From an uncultured bacterium (GTDB lineage Bacteria; CAZSTA01), in the NCBI GenBank assembly GCA_964609495.1, contig CAZSTA010000001.1, positions 1-62,714 of the forward strand: a DNA stretch of 62,714 nt, in the 5' to 3' direction. The position numbers and the translations under genes were made by a program. Shown one piece after another: positions 38,320 through 48,783 of the stretch. The notes under the pieces were generated by a model. The model made no database searches. It saw only the letters and a list, made by a program, of their open reading frames with translations, and had not been told where the DNA came from. How positions within the stretch are numbered: position 1 is the stretch's first letter; every line of letters starts with the position of its first letter.

Positions 38320-39333
38320 TTATTTAAGAAACCATTCAAGTATAACTCCCATCGCCAGCGAACGGTCCTCTAACAACATCTGATAGAGCCGGCAAGCCTC
38401 GGTGTAGGGTTCACGATGACTGATGAGAGGATCTATAACCAGTTCTCCATCAGCAACCAAGTCAAAGAAAAGCTCCGCATGCCGCTGATTCGTCCATGGA
38501 TTGTCTAGGGTCTCATTCTGAGGATGCGATAAATTGTGCGCTCCAATGATTGTGAAACTCGGCGAATTGCAAAGGTCGTGAAAATCAAACCATGTCTTTC
38601 CACGGGGACTACTGAGCACAATCAACCGACCTTGTTGCCTCAAGACTTTAAACTCCTCAAGGATCAACTCAGGGTCACCTGTCACTTCAAACACCACATC
38701 AGCCATTCGTCGCTTTGTAACCTTTTCTACTAAGGAAACAACATTATCTCTTCTTGCATTTACCGGAACGATGGCTACATCACTCGGCAGCTGTTGCAAC
38801 CGACTCTCAGCTACATCAACAGCAAGGACCGGCCTTGCTCCACATAGCCGGCAGAAACGCACCGTTAACTGACCAAGTAGCCCTAAACCATAAACCACTA
38901 CAGCTTCGCCCCACTGCACATTTGCCCGTCGTATGCCATTCATAACAATCTCTGCGATTGTGAAAAATACGGCATGCTCATCCAAAATGTCTTGACAAAT
39001 CAATCGTGCGGATTGGATATTTGTGGTCACATATAGAGCATGAGATCCATAAGTGGCAATTCTTTGTCCAATCCAGTTCTGGTCGATATCCGGGCCAACA
39101 TCGATGACTTCACCAACATTATTATAGCCCGGCACAAAAGGAAATTTTCCATAGCGTGCCCATGCTGAATCGGAGGGGAAGTCGCCACTGAGAATTGTCA
39201 GCTCGGTGCCAGTGCTGATAAGAGTGCATCGGGTCTTGATCAAAAGTTCTCCGGTTTTAGGAGAAGGCTTCTCACGATTCTCGATAACTACTTCTCCTGG
39301 TCTCACGAATACAACGGTTGGATTATTGTCCAT
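38320..39333 (-). CDS. Zinc-binding dehydrogenase family oxidoreductase (MDR, YcjQ/BchC-like)
   Basis: LISTGTE, PFVPGY.NVGEV, GLGLLG and DVVFEVTG. Confidence 0.8.
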   Translation of the reverse strand: MDNNPTVVFVRPGEVVIENREKPSPKTGELLIKTRCTLISTGTELTILSGDFPSDSAWARYGKFPFVPGYNNVGEVIDVGPDIDQNWIGQRIATYGSHALYVTTNIQSARLICQDILDEHAVFFTIAEIVMNGIRRANVQWGEAVVVYGLGLLGQLTVRFCRLCGARPVLAVDVAESRLQQLPSDVAIVPVNARRDNVVSLVEKVTKRRMADVVFEVTGDPELILEEFKVLRQQGRLIVLSSPRGKTWFDFHDLCNSPSFTIIGAHNLSHPQNETLDNPWTNQRHAELFFDLVADGELVIDPLISHREPYTEACRLYQMLLEDRSLAMGVILEWFLK

Positions 39334-39379
39334 TATGACTTCTCCTGAATTCTATGGTTCTGGCAAAATAGGGACTAGG

Positions 39380-39402
39380 TTAAAATAACCGAACTACTTC
39401 GT
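39380..39402. repeat. 23-bp direct repeat, upstream of the dehydrogenase
   Basis: Identical to 38003-38025. Confidence 0.85.
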
Positions 39403-39698
39403 TTATGTAGCGAAAAAGAGCTTAAGATAATTAAGAATACTACTCACATAGTTAGTGACTGTTTCTTATTAGCTCTATACAGTCTATAAGTTACTGTCTA
39501 CGGACTATAGGCTTACTGCCTCCACCTGGAAGGATATTTAGTTATCTGTTTATAGTATACTCGAGTTAAAGTTCAGTGTCAAGTGTCTAACCGTTTTATG
39601 ATAAGGCATCTTTCTCGAACATATTGACAAAGTGCTTGGCTAAACGCGATAATCAGAGTAACAGATCTTCGGAGAAAATAAGGATCAGTATATAGAAG

Positions 39699-42101
39699 AT
39701 GAGGATAAATTCATCACGGTTTCTAAATCCCCTTTTTAGCTACATATCGGAGGGGATATCTATAAGGAGAAGCTTGCTATTCGCCTTCTTCCTTATGGGC
39801 TTTACCTCGATTAATATCCAGATACTCCTGGTCAGGGAATTCATAGTAACTTTCTATGGAAATGAGATCTCGATAGGGATCATCATAGCTAATTGGATAA
39901 TTCTAGAGGCTGTAGGAAGCTCTTTATTGGGAAGGACTGGGGAGAGAGTAAAAAGAAGAATAGAGGCTTTCGCTTCTCTACAACTAATTGTCAGTGTCTT
40001 CTTTCCCCTAGCTCTATATGGAGCTCGAATCGTTAAGAATATAATCGGGGTATCTCCAGGAGAAGGAGTAAGCTTGCCGATCATCTTCTTCTCCTCATTT
40101 CTTCTCCTTCTCCCCTTGGGATTAGGTGACGGCGCTCAATTCTCCTATGGAAGTAAGATCTACTCCGATCTTCACCAAAAAGGAGCTCAATCGGTTGGGA
40201 AAGTATATATCTATGAGGCTATCGGTTCGATGACAGGAGGAATCATCTTTACCTATATCTTTCTCAGCTATCTTAATTCTATGCAGATAACTTTACTCAT
40301 AGGCACTTTAAATCTCAGCTCTGCTCTCCTTTTGCTTGCCACCTCGGCGAGAGAGAAAATACCGAGATTAAGAAGGAGAAAGTTTATATCATTTCCCAGA
40401 GGTGGTTTGATATTTACGCTTATAATGAGCCTATTATTGATGACGAATTTATATCTATTGCTCTCCCCAAGAGCAGATGAGCTTCAGAGAGCTTCTTTGC
40501 AAAGGCAGTGGAAAGAGCAGACCTTGAAACGCTATGAGAACTCGATATATGGTAATATCGCGATGACACAGCGGGGTGAGCAATTGACCCTCTTCGTTGA
40601 TGGTCTTGCGGTATGTAACATCCCCGTCTATGATATAGTCTCTATCGAGGAATTAGTTCATCTCTCGCTGTTATCCCATCCCTTGCCGATAAGAGTGCTT
40701 TTGATCGGAGGAGGAGCGGGAGGGGTTATAAATGAGGTGCTTAAACATCCGATAGAGGAGGTTTACTATGCCGAGCTCGATCCTCTTATAATCCAGATAA
40801 TAGAAGAATCTGGTATACCTCTAATCCATAAGGAGTTAAGCGATCCGAGAGTCCATATCGAATATCTCGATAGCAGACTCTTGGTGAAGAGGAGTTCAAA
40901 ACGGTATGATGTTTTGATCGTCAACTTGCCTTCGCCCTCTACCCTCTTGCTAAACAGATCGTATACCTTAGAGTTCTTTCGGGAAGTCTCCCGCATTCTG
41001 AATCCCAAAGGGATACTCGTCCTTAGTTTGCCTGGATATTTAGCTTATATGAGCGATGAGCTTAGAGATCTCAACGCAGATATTTACATCACCCTAAAGG
41101 AAGCTTTCCCTTATGTCCGCCCTATCCCAGGTGATTATAATCTATTTTTAGCCTCACCTGATTTGAATGTTGAGAATATCTCTCCTGAGATGCTCCATCA
41201 AAGACTCAAAAAGCGTTCTCTGAAGACCAGTATCTTAAGCGAATTTTATCTTGAATATAAGCTAAATCTCAGACAATTGAATATATTCTTAGAATCTCTT
41301 GATAGGGCTAGGGGAATAAGGGATAATAGAGATCTTCGTCCTTCAGGGCTCTTCTATAGTCTAGCCCTCTGGAACGCTCTTTTTTCTCCCCGTTTAAGCA
41401 AAGCCTTCAATTTAGTGAGCAGGATAAAACTATGGATGTTTATACTCCCTCTCGGCATACTATCCCTAATTTTCCTCATATTGAGGAGGAGATCCTCTGA
41501 ACTTCCTCGCAGATCGATCTGGATAGCGATCGCCACTACTGGATTTGCTGGGATGGTGGTTGATATGGTATTGATCTTCGCCTTTCAGTCCCTATACGGA
41601 TACGTATATTATAAGATAGGGCTCATCTTCACCGCCTTTATGATCGGGCTAGCCTTGGGTGGTTCGCTTATGAATCGCGCTCTTGATAGGATGAAGAACC
41701 ATCTACGAATCTTCACCAAGATCGAACTTGGGCTCGTCCTATATTCCCTATCCCTTCCCTTGATCTTAATGCTCTTCTATCTTTATGTCGGTAACCCCTT
41801 TATCTACAGCTTGGTTCAAGCGATATTTCTAATATTGAGCTTTATTTCGGGAGTACTAACTGGTTCAGAGTTTCCTCTAGCTAACGAGATATATCTTAAG
41901 GGAACAAAACGAGTTGGTCGGGTAGCAGGAACGCTCTATGCCTCTGATCTCTTTGGTTCTTGGTTTGGCACCCTTGCCGCCGCTGTGATATTGATCCCCG
42001 TGTTGGGAATATACGAGATCTGCTTTCTCACCCTTCTCCTCAAATTAGTCAGTTTTGCCCTCGTCTATATCCCCTCTAGATTTCATAGCCTTTCAACTTG
42101 A
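39699..42101 (+). CDS. Membrane protein with central spermidine-synthase-like SAM-binding domain, copy 1
   Basis: Multi-TM N- and C-termini, YENSIYGNI, VLLIGGGAGG..EVLKHP...YAELDP and EFF..V..ILNPKG. Confidence 0.8.
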   Translation: MRINSSRFLNPLFSYISEGISIRRSLLFAFFLMGFTSINIQILLVREFIVTFYGNEISIGIIIANWIILEAVGSSLLGRTGERVKRRIEAFASLQLIVSVFFPLALYGARIVKNIIGVSPGEGVSLPIIFFSSFLLLLPLGLGDGAQFSYGSKIYSDLHQKGAQSVGKVYIYEAIGSMTGGIIFTYIFLSYLNSMQITLLIGTLNLSSALLLLATSAREKIPRLRRRKFISFPRGGLIFTLIMSLLLMTNLYLLLSPRADELQRASLQRQWKEQTLKRYENSIYGNIAMTQRGEQLTLFVDGLAVCNIPVYDIVSIEELVHLSLLSHPLPIRVLLIGGGAGGVINEVLKHPIEEVYYAELDPLIIQIIEESGIPLIHKELSDPRVHIEYLDSRLLVKRSSKRYDVLIVNLPSPSTLLLNRSYTLEFFREVSRILNPKGILVLSLPGYLAYMSDELRDLNADIYITLKEAFPYVRPIPGDYNLFLASPDLNVENISPEMLHQRLKKRSLKTSILSEFYLEYKLNLRQLNIFLESLDRARGIRDNRDLRPSGLFYSLALWNALFSPRLSKAFNLVSRIKLWMFILPLGILSLIFLILRRRSSELPRRSIWIAIATTGFAGMVVDMVLIFAFQSLYGYVYYKIGLIFTAFMIGLALGGSLMNRALDRMKNHLRIFTKIELGLVLYSLSLPLILMLFYLYVGNPFIYSLVQAIFLILSFISGVLTGSEFPLANEIYLKGTKRVGRVAGTLYASDLFGSWFGTLAAAVILIPVLGIYEICFLTLLLKLVSFALVYIPSRFHSLST

Positions 42102-43288
42102 GGATGAACAACATAAGGAGGTCTAGTTCTCTGCCAGTCGAGATGAGATCTGGGGAGTCCATCCTTCCATATCCCAGGAATCTTGTGTCCACAGAACTTG
42201 CACTTTCCCTCCACAACGTTAAGCTCAGTTACGGTGAAATGGATTCTCCCAATCAGTAATTCTCCACATTTAGGGCAGTAGGTGCAATTAGCTTCGTGTC
42301 CGGGGACATTCCCTATATAAACATATTCGATCCCTTCTTCCAGAGCTATCTCTCGGGCTTGCTCCAAAGTTCTAACAGGAGTAGGAGACAATCCCGTAAG
42401 TTTGTAGGCAGGGAAGAATCTGCTAAAGTGCAATGGAGTCTCAGAGCCTAAGTTATCTTTGATCCAGATAACCATCTCTCTGATATTCCCCATATCATCG
42501 TTGAGGGTGGGGACGATTAAATTAACCACCTCTAGGTGATTACCATTCTCTCTGATATTCCTCAAAGTTTTTAAGACTGGTTGCAGACTAGAGGAACAGA
42601 CCTTTTGATAGAATTCCTCAGTGAAGCCTTTTAGATCAACTGTTACAGAATCCATATATTGTAGAAGATCGAGGAGAGGCTCTTTATTGATCAACCCATT
42701 AGTGTGATACATAACCAGAAATCCCTTCTCCTTGGCGAGTTTAGCGATGTCATACATATACTCATAGAAGACAGTCGGCTCGCTGTAGGTGAAGGAGAGG
42801 ATATTACACCCATATTCCTTAGCCAGCATCAATATATCTCTGGGACGAAGATAGTAGTTGTATGTCTCCTCAACGCTCTTCTGAGAGAGATGCCAGTTTT
42901 GGCAGAATTTACACCTATTGTTACAACTAGCGGTAGCGGTGCAGAACATAATATGCCCTGGCCAAACGTGAAAAGCTGGCTCCTTCTCAACTGGATCGAT
43001 CTGAAGGGCACAGGGACGGGAATAAACTAGGGTATAATATTTTCCCCCTTGATTCTCTCTATTCCTGCAAAAACCCCTCTTCCCCTCCGAAACTACACAT
43101 CTTCTGAAGCAGAGTTGACAGTTAACCTTTTCGTTATCTAACTGCTTATAGTATCTGGCCTCCTCATATTCGGGGTTGACATAAGCTATTTCCCCCAATT
43201 GAGAGAAACCTAAACCTACTCCCAAGATGATCCCTTTCCTCAAAAATTCTCTTCTGCTTATATTCATTTCAGAATTGCTCTCCTTCAT
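42083..43288 (-). CDS. AmmeMemoRadiSam-system radical SAM enzyme, copy 1, with twin-arginine-like leader
   Basis: CQLCFRRC, DPVEKEP, CNNRCKFCQNW, FTYSEP, PLHFSRF.P and YVYIGNVPG..TYCPKCG. The N-terminus has SRREFL. Start 43288 follows GGAGGTG. Confidence 0.88.
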   Translation of the reverse strand: MKESNSEMNISRREFLRKGIILGVGLGFSQLGEIAYVNPEYEEARYYKQLDNEKVNCQLCFRRCVVSEGKRGFCRNRENQGGKYYTLVYSRPCALQIDPVEKEPAFHVWPGHIMFCTATASCNNRCKFCQNWHLSQKSVEETYNYYLRPRDILMLAKEYGCNILSFTYSEPTVFYEYMYDIAKLAKEKGFLVMYHTNGLINKEPLLDLLQYMDSVTVDLKGFTEEFYQKVCSSSLQPVLKTLRNIRENGNHLEVVNLIVPTLNDDMGNIREMVIWIKDNLGSETPLHFSRFFPAYKLTGLSPTPVRTLEQAREIALEEGIEYVYIGNVPGHEANCTYCPKCGELLIGRIHFTVTELNVVEGKCKFCGHKIPGIWKDGLPRSHLDWQRTRPPYVVHPQVERL

Positions 43289-43379
43289 TCTAAACACCTC
43301 CAATATCAGCCTTGCCAAATTAATCAGGCTATTGAAGTTTTCCCTGTCCTCTAGCTGTCTCTCTCCTCTAAAGGGATGG

Positions 43380-44057
43380 TTAGAGTATCTGACTCGCTAT
43401 AAGTCTGATCCCAAAGAAGATCAATAATGCTCCGCAGAAGCGACCGAAGAGATCGTATAACCTCATATCCTTTAACATCGCTCTAGGGAGAAAACTGGCT
43501 AAGGTCCCCAGTGGTATTAGAGGTGAGATAACAGTGCCTATACCAAAGCATAGAGTATAATACATCCCCAAAAGAGGAGAGGGGGAAAGGACAATGATAT
43601 AGGTGAGAATACCCAAAAGTGGTGCGCAAGGGGTTAATCCTATCATAAATCCTAGGAGCATTATGCTTCCAGCATCGTTATCGACCGCGTATCTCCTCAT
43701 AACGCGACATAGAGAGGAACTCGGACTCTTACCCAATAGAGTTAAGAAGCCTAGAAAGGTTATGAGTATACCACTGGCTATCATTATATAAAAGGGGAAG
43801 TTGCCGAAGTGAAATAACCTATTTATCAATTCGCCAGATAAACCGGCTATAAATCCTAATACAAGATAGGCGAGGATACGGGAGAGGGAGAAGAATAAGG
43901 TAATCTTGAGCCCCTCTCTCCAGTCTCCTTTAGTTCCAGCTATGTAAGGTAGAAGCAGGGGAAGGCAAAAGGATAGACAGGGACCTAAACCTAAAGCTAG
44001 ACCTATGGTAAATAACTCAAGGGATATTTTGAACAACTTTGTGAACTCCTCTCTCAA
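43380..44057 (-). CDS. DsbD_2/TauE-like membrane protein
   Basis: GLGPCLSFCLP, FSLSRILAY..LG, GFMIGLTPCAPL and FGIGT. The true start may be a few codons downstream. Confidence 0.75.
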   Translation of the reverse strand: MREEFTKLFKISLELFTIGLALGLGPCLSFCLPLLLPYIAGTKGDWREGLKITLFFSLSRILAYLVLGFIAGLSGELINRLFHFGNFPFYIMIASGILITFLGFLTLLGKSPSSSLCRVMRRYAVDNDAGSIMLLGFMIGLTPCAPLLGILTYIIVLSPSPLLGMYYTLCFGIGTVISPLIPLGTLASFLPRAMLKDMRLYDLFGRFCGALLIFFGIRLIASQIL

Positions 44058-44154
44058 CTCCTAATTAGCAAGAGTGACTCGATAACCGGTTTTAATTCCC
44101 TTCGAATTATGTTAAAATATAAATGGCTGATATAGAGAGCAAAGGTGAGAGAAG

Positions 44155-46452
44155 ATGAGGCGAACATTGGCATTGGCTTTGGGATTAATTGGTTTCACCT
44201 CTTTGATCGGACAAGTGATGCTTCTCCGAGAAGCGTTAATTGCCTTCTATGGCAACGAACTCTCCTGGGGAGCGATATTAGCTATATGGCTAATCTGGGG
44301 AGCAACGGGAAGTTGGTTATTGGGAAGATATACAGATCGAATCAAGAGAAGAGCTTCTCTATTCATCTTCCTCTTGCTGTTAGCTCCTTTAATTCTACTA
44401 GGCGAGATCATCCTACTTCGGATAATTAAGAATCTGCTTGGTATAAGTTATGGAGAGGTGATTGGCTTCTTTCCTGCTCTTCTTTGGTCCTTCCTCCTTC
44501 TCGCTCCCTTATGTCTAGTTCAAGGCTTCCAATTCACTTCGGGTTGTAAACTTTATTCTCTAGCCGATAGTGAGACGACTTCCTCTCGTTCTCGTTTAGC
44601 CCCTCTCATTGGACAAGCTTATGTATGCGAATCCCTAGGAGCTATAAGCGGAGGATTGCTCTACAATTACTATCTGCTCTTGCATATAAATCCCATTCGC
44701 ATAGCTTCTCTAATCGGGATACTAAACTCCCTTATCGCCCTTATATTGCTTAGGAAGATAAGAGGATCTTCAAAATTACTGATCTCTTCAGCTTTGATCT
44801 TGCTGGGATTAAACATCTATACAACTGGATTCTATGGCGACATCGTCCAATCCTACTTTATTCGTTGGCAATGGAGGGGTTATAACTTGGTGGAAGCTGC
44901 AGATTCGATCTATGGAAATCTGGTCGTTACCCGAAGTAAGGACCAGTACTCCTTCTATGAAAATGGATTGTTGATGTATACCACTGGTGATTTCTTCTAT
45001 AATGAGACTATAACTCACCTTCCCCTTCTTCTGCATCCAGCACCACGTCGAGTACTTTTGATCGGAGGTGGAGTCAGCGGTGCTTTAACCGAGATCCTTA
45101 AACATCCAGTAGGGGAAGTCAACTACGTGGAGCTAGATCCTCTCCTTATCAAATTAGGAAGCAGATATTCTTATCCTCCCGATAGGGAGGCGATAGACGA
45201 TCCCAGGGTCAACATTAGATATGGAGATGGTAGGCTCTTCGTTAAACAATCCGAGAAGAAATATGATCTCATCATTCTTAACCTACCCGATCCCTTTACT
45301 GCCCAACTGAATAGATTCTATACTCTGGAATTCTTCCTTGAGATCAGGCGCATTCTTCGAAGGGGAGGAATATTCTCCTTAGGACTCCCCTCCTCGGAGG
45401 AATATATCGGACCAGAGATGAAGAACCTGAACGGCTCTATATATAAGACCTTCAAGAGGGCTTTTCCTGATTGTATGATCGTCCCTACCTATACTGTTCT
45501 GTTTCTAGGCTCCGACGAAGCTGGAGTGCTCTCCTATGATCCCGAAGTTCTCCTCGACAGATTTCAAAAACGCGCCTTCAGGACAAGAGTTCTTGATCCA
45601 TTCTACCTCAAGTATATGCTGTTTCCATACAGAATATCTTATACATTAGATCGCCTCGAGGATAACAAGGAGCTCCCTCTCAATCGGGATTTTCATCCGA
45701 TCGCTATCTATTACGATATAGCCCTATGGAATATCTCCTATTATCCCCATCTGAAGAAGCTATTTCACTTCCCGTATCGTTTAAGCCTGAGCTATTTGAT
45801 CCCGCTTCCCCTACTGGCTCTTCTCTTCGTTCTTATCGCTAGGAGGAAAACACACCCCTATAGCGCTAGACCCTTCGTTCCCTTAGTCATATTTACTACT
45901 GGCTTTACTGAGATGTTGTTAGAAGTAGTACTACTCTTCTCCTTCCAAGTATTATACGGCTATGTCTATTCTAAAGTGGCGATTATAGTAACCTCCTTTA
46001 TGATCGGCTTGGCTTTGGGAAGTTGGAATATGAATCGCTGGATCTCCTCCCCGGCAGGGAGAGGCGAAACGAGGGATATCAGGATGTTAGTTAAGATACA
46101 GATAGCGATAATCCTATATTCGCTGGTCGTTCCTCTGATCTGCGCCTCTATTTCTTATATTACTGCCAAAGCATTTCTCTTCCTGGCGATAGAATTGGGC
46201 TTTCCCCTTCTGACAATTATCATCGGGTTCCTAGGGGGGTCGGAATTCCCCTTAGCGAATAAGATATATCTGAGAGATCCAGAGCTAGTTGGACATACTG
46301 CTGGAACGATGTATGGTTCCGATCTGGTAGGGTCTTGTTTAGGGGCGATCTCAGCAGGGGCGCTTCTGATCCCCATCCTAGGAATTTTCAGCACTTGTGC
46401 AACCGCAGCTATGCTCAGTCTAACTACCCTTATCCTAATTTTGGGCAGGTGA
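44155..46452 (+). CDS. Membrane protein with spermidine-synthase-like domain, copy 2
   Basis: GFTSLIGQVMLLRE, DSIYGNL, VLLIGGGVSG, VELDP, GDGRLFV, and DLIILNLPDP. Confidence 0.8.
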   Translation: MRRTLALALGLIGFTSLIGQVMLLREALIAFYGNELSWGAILAIWLIWGATGSWLLGRYTDRIKRRASLFIFLLLLAPLILLGEIILLRIIKNLLGISYGEVIGFFPALLWSFLLLAPLCLVQGFQFTSGCKLYSLADSETTSSRSRLAPLIGQAYVCESLGAISGGLLYNYYLLLHINPIRIASLIGILNSLIALILLRKIRGSSKLLISSALILLGLNIYTTGFYGDIVQSYFIRWQWRGYNLVEAADSIYGNLVVTRSKDQYSFYENGLLMYTTGDFFYNETITHLPLLLHPAPRRVLLIGGGVSGALTEILKHPVGEVNYVELDPLLIKLGSRYSYPPDREAIDDPRVNIRYGDGRLFVKQSEKKYDLIILNLPDPFTAQLNRFYTLEFFLEIRRILRRGGIFSLGLPSSEEYIGPEMKNLNGSIYKTFKRAFPDCMIVPTYTVLFLGSDEAGVLSYDPEVLLDRFQKRAFRTRVLDPFYLKYMLFPYRISYTLDRLEDNKELPLNRDFHPIAIYYDIALWNISYYPHLKKLFHFPYRLSLSYLIPLPLLALLFVLIARRKTHPYSARPFVPLVIFTTGFTEMLLEVVLLFSFQVLYGYVYSKVAIIVTSFMIGLALGSWNMNRWISSPAGRGETRDIRMLVKIQIAIILYSLVVPLICASISYITAKAFLFLAIELGFPLLTIIIGFLGGSEFPLANKIYLRDPELVGHTAGTMYGSDLVGSCLGAISAGALLIPILGIFSTCATAAMLSLTTLILILGR

Positions 46453-47349
46453 TCTATAGATGACCACTGCGCCATAGCCTACTACCAGCCCTTTTTCTCC
46501 TGTTATATCGCCTGAATTAGCATATCTTAGGATCTCTATTCGATCTGCTCCTAACTCCTTTACCGCCGATATCACCGCGATCACAGGCCCAGCACCACAT
46601 AACTCACATCTGCCGGCTTTGACATTATCGTTAAGTACCTTAGGATCGAGCTTCTCTATGGAATCTAGAGCTACTTTATCTAACTCTTTAGCTTCCTCAT
46701 AGGAGTGATAGTGCGATAGATCAGTGCTGGCAATAAGGAGGACTTTCTCATCTCCAATGGTTTCCACCAATGCTTTACTGAGGATCTCACATAGCTCCTC
46801 TGATTGATCGCCCATAAGGATAGGAACGATCTGGAAATCCTCAAGAGTCCTTTGGAGGAAAGGGAGTTGCACCTCCAGCGAATGTTCTCTAATGTGAGCT
46901 GAGGGACGGAAGGAGATCTTATCATCGTTTTCGATCAGGTGTTCTGCTAAGGAGGAGTTTATTCCTATCGACCCTAGGGGAGTCTGGTAATAGCCTCGCT
47001 TATATACCGAGATGCCATCGAATAGGGTGTAGTGGCTGGGGCCAACTAAGATCACTGTGTCGAATTTTAGCCCTTCCAACACCTTGTAGGCATAAGCGGC
47101 TACAGGACCGGAATACATATAGCCAGCGTGAGGAGCAATTAAGGCTATCAACTCTCCCTCTATCCTCCTCTCATCGGCTTTGCTTAGGAGATCATCAACC
47201 GTCATCCTCAGCTCCTCAGGGGAATCTGGGTAGAACATACCACTGACTGCAGGTATTCGCATCCCCTGAGAATATACTCTGCTTTCTCCTGTAGAGAGGA
47301 TGAACATTACAAAAGCCAGAGATATGAGTAGGGCGAGTTCTCTTCCCAT
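46435..47349 (-). CDS. AmmeMemoRadiSam-system protein B (MEMO1 family) with hydrophobic N-terminus
   Basis: RIPAVSGMFYP, IAPHAGYMYSG, GPSH, EHSLEVQLPFLQ, IASTDLSHY, CGAGP, YANSGD and VGYGA. Confidence 0.9.
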   Translation of the reverse strand: MGRELALLISLAFVMFILSTGESRVYSQGMRIPAVSGMFYPDSPEELRMTVDDLLSKADERRIEGELIALIAPHAGYMYSGPVAAYAYKVLEGLKFDTVILVGPSHYTLFDGISVYKRGYYQTPLGSIGINSSLAEHLIENDDKISFRPSAHIREHSLEVQLPFLQRTLEDFQIVPILMGDQSEELCEILSKALVETIGDEKVLLIASTDLSHYHSYEEAKELDKVALDSIEKLDPKVLNDNVKAGRCELCGAGPVIAVISAVKELGADRIEILRYANSGDITGEKGLVVGYGAVVIYRSPAQN

Positions 47350-47369
47350 TTCGACACCTCCTTAACGGG

Positions 47370-48572
47370 TTAAGGGCCAATTAGCACTCGCTCAAAACTT
47401 TGTTTGATAGCAAAGGGATACTTCGAGATAGATTGAGTATCCTCTGTCTTCCACCATACCCCTGAGATCTCCTGACCACAATATTCACATTTTCCATTAT
47501 TAATGTGATTTTCAAGGATACTGAACCCGAATCGTCGAATCAAGAGCTTTCCGCAATCGGGGCAGTAAGTATTTTCCCCTTCGTGGCCCGGTACATTACC
47601 GATATAGACATAATGTAAACCCGTCTCCAGGGCGATCTCCCTTGCTTTCTCCAGAGTCTTTATTGGAGTAGGAGGAAGATTCTTAAGCTTATACATCGGA
47701 TAAAAGCGAGAGAAGTGAAGGGGAACATCTGGACCCAAGTTATCTTTGATCCATTGACACATTGCCTTTATTTCCTCGGGATCATCGTTGAGGGTAGGAA
47801 CAACCAAGTTAGTTATCTCTAGCCATACACCTTGCTCTTTGAGAATTTTTAGAGTCTCTAGCACTGGATTCAATTTTCCAAAGCAGATATCCTCATAATA
47901 TTCATTAGTGAAGCTTTTTAGATCTATATTAGCGGCTTCAAGATATTGGCATAATTCTCTCAAGGGTTCTGGATTGATGAAGCCGTTGGAGTGATATACA
48001 GGCATTATATCCCTTTCTTTAGCTAACTTAGCAATCTCCAGCATATATTCATAGAAGATCGTGGGCTCGCTATAGGTGAAAGCGATGCTTTGGCATCCGT
48101 ATCGCTCCGCCATAGCTACGACATCTTCAGGTGACATATCATAATTTATAGTCTCCTCTGGTTTAACCTGGGAGATCTCCCAATTCTGGCAGAATTTACA
48201 CTTAAGGTTACATCCTGCGGTAGCAATAGAGAAAGTACCACTGGAGGGTAGAACGTGAAAGAACGGTTTTTTCTCTATAGGATCGATCTGAACCGCGCAA
48301 GGTGCTCCATATATAAGAGTGTAGTAAGTTCCGCCTCGATTCTCTCTGACTCTACATAATCCCCTGCCTCCCTCAGGAACAACGCATCTTCTCGGACACA
48401 ATTGACATTGGATCTTATTATCCGAGAGCTTCTCGTAATACATCGCTTCTCTAGGTTTCTTAGAGCTTAAAGAGATTGGATTGTTTAGCAAGATTAATGA
48501 GGCAAAAGCCAGACATAGGATTATAAAAGCTATTAGATTAGATTTAGATTTTAACTTTCTCAAGATGGCCAT
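47370..48572 (-). CDS. AmmeMemoRadiSam-system radical SAM enzyme, copy 2, with N-terminal TM or signal
   Basis: CQLCPRRC, DPIEKKPFFH, GCNLKCKFCQNWEISQ and TYCPDCG. Confidence 0.9.
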   Translation of the reverse strand: MAILRKLKSKSNLIAFIILCLAFASLILLNNPISLSSKKPREAMYYEKLSDNKIQCQLCPRRCVVPEGGRGLCRVRENRGGTYYTLIYGAPCAVQIDPIEKKPFFHVLPSSGTFSIATAGCNLKCKFCQNWEISQVKPEETINYDMSPEDVVAMAERYGCQSIAFTYSEPTIFYEYMLEIAKLAKERDIMPVYHSNGFINPEPLRELCQYLEAANIDLKSFTNEYYEDICFGKLNPVLETLKILKEQGVWLEITNLVVPTLNDDPEEIKAMCQWIKDNLGPDVPLHFSRFYPMYKLKNLPPTPIKTLEKAREIALETGLHYVYIGNVPGHEGENTYCPDCGKLLIRRFGFSILENHINNGKCEYCGQEISGVWWKTEDTQSISKYPFAIKQSFERVLIGP

Positions 48573-48783
48573 AATTGCACCTCCTTTCTGACGAAAAAAC
48601 AGTCATCCTATCCCAACTAATGGATAATTGTTATTGGCTTTATATATTCTGAGTTAATCCTAGAAATCATAAGTTATTACTCCTAACTATGAATTTCATT
48701 TACCCCTATTTCAAATATTATGTTTCGTTCTGCGTGTTCGCGAAGTTGTGGCAACTAGTTGTAGCAGAGTTATATATCCGCTG

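Noticed and set aside
43765-43775. AGTATACCACT partial match to the palindromic array unit
   Set aside because: Single 11-bp partial site inside a gene, plausibly chance.
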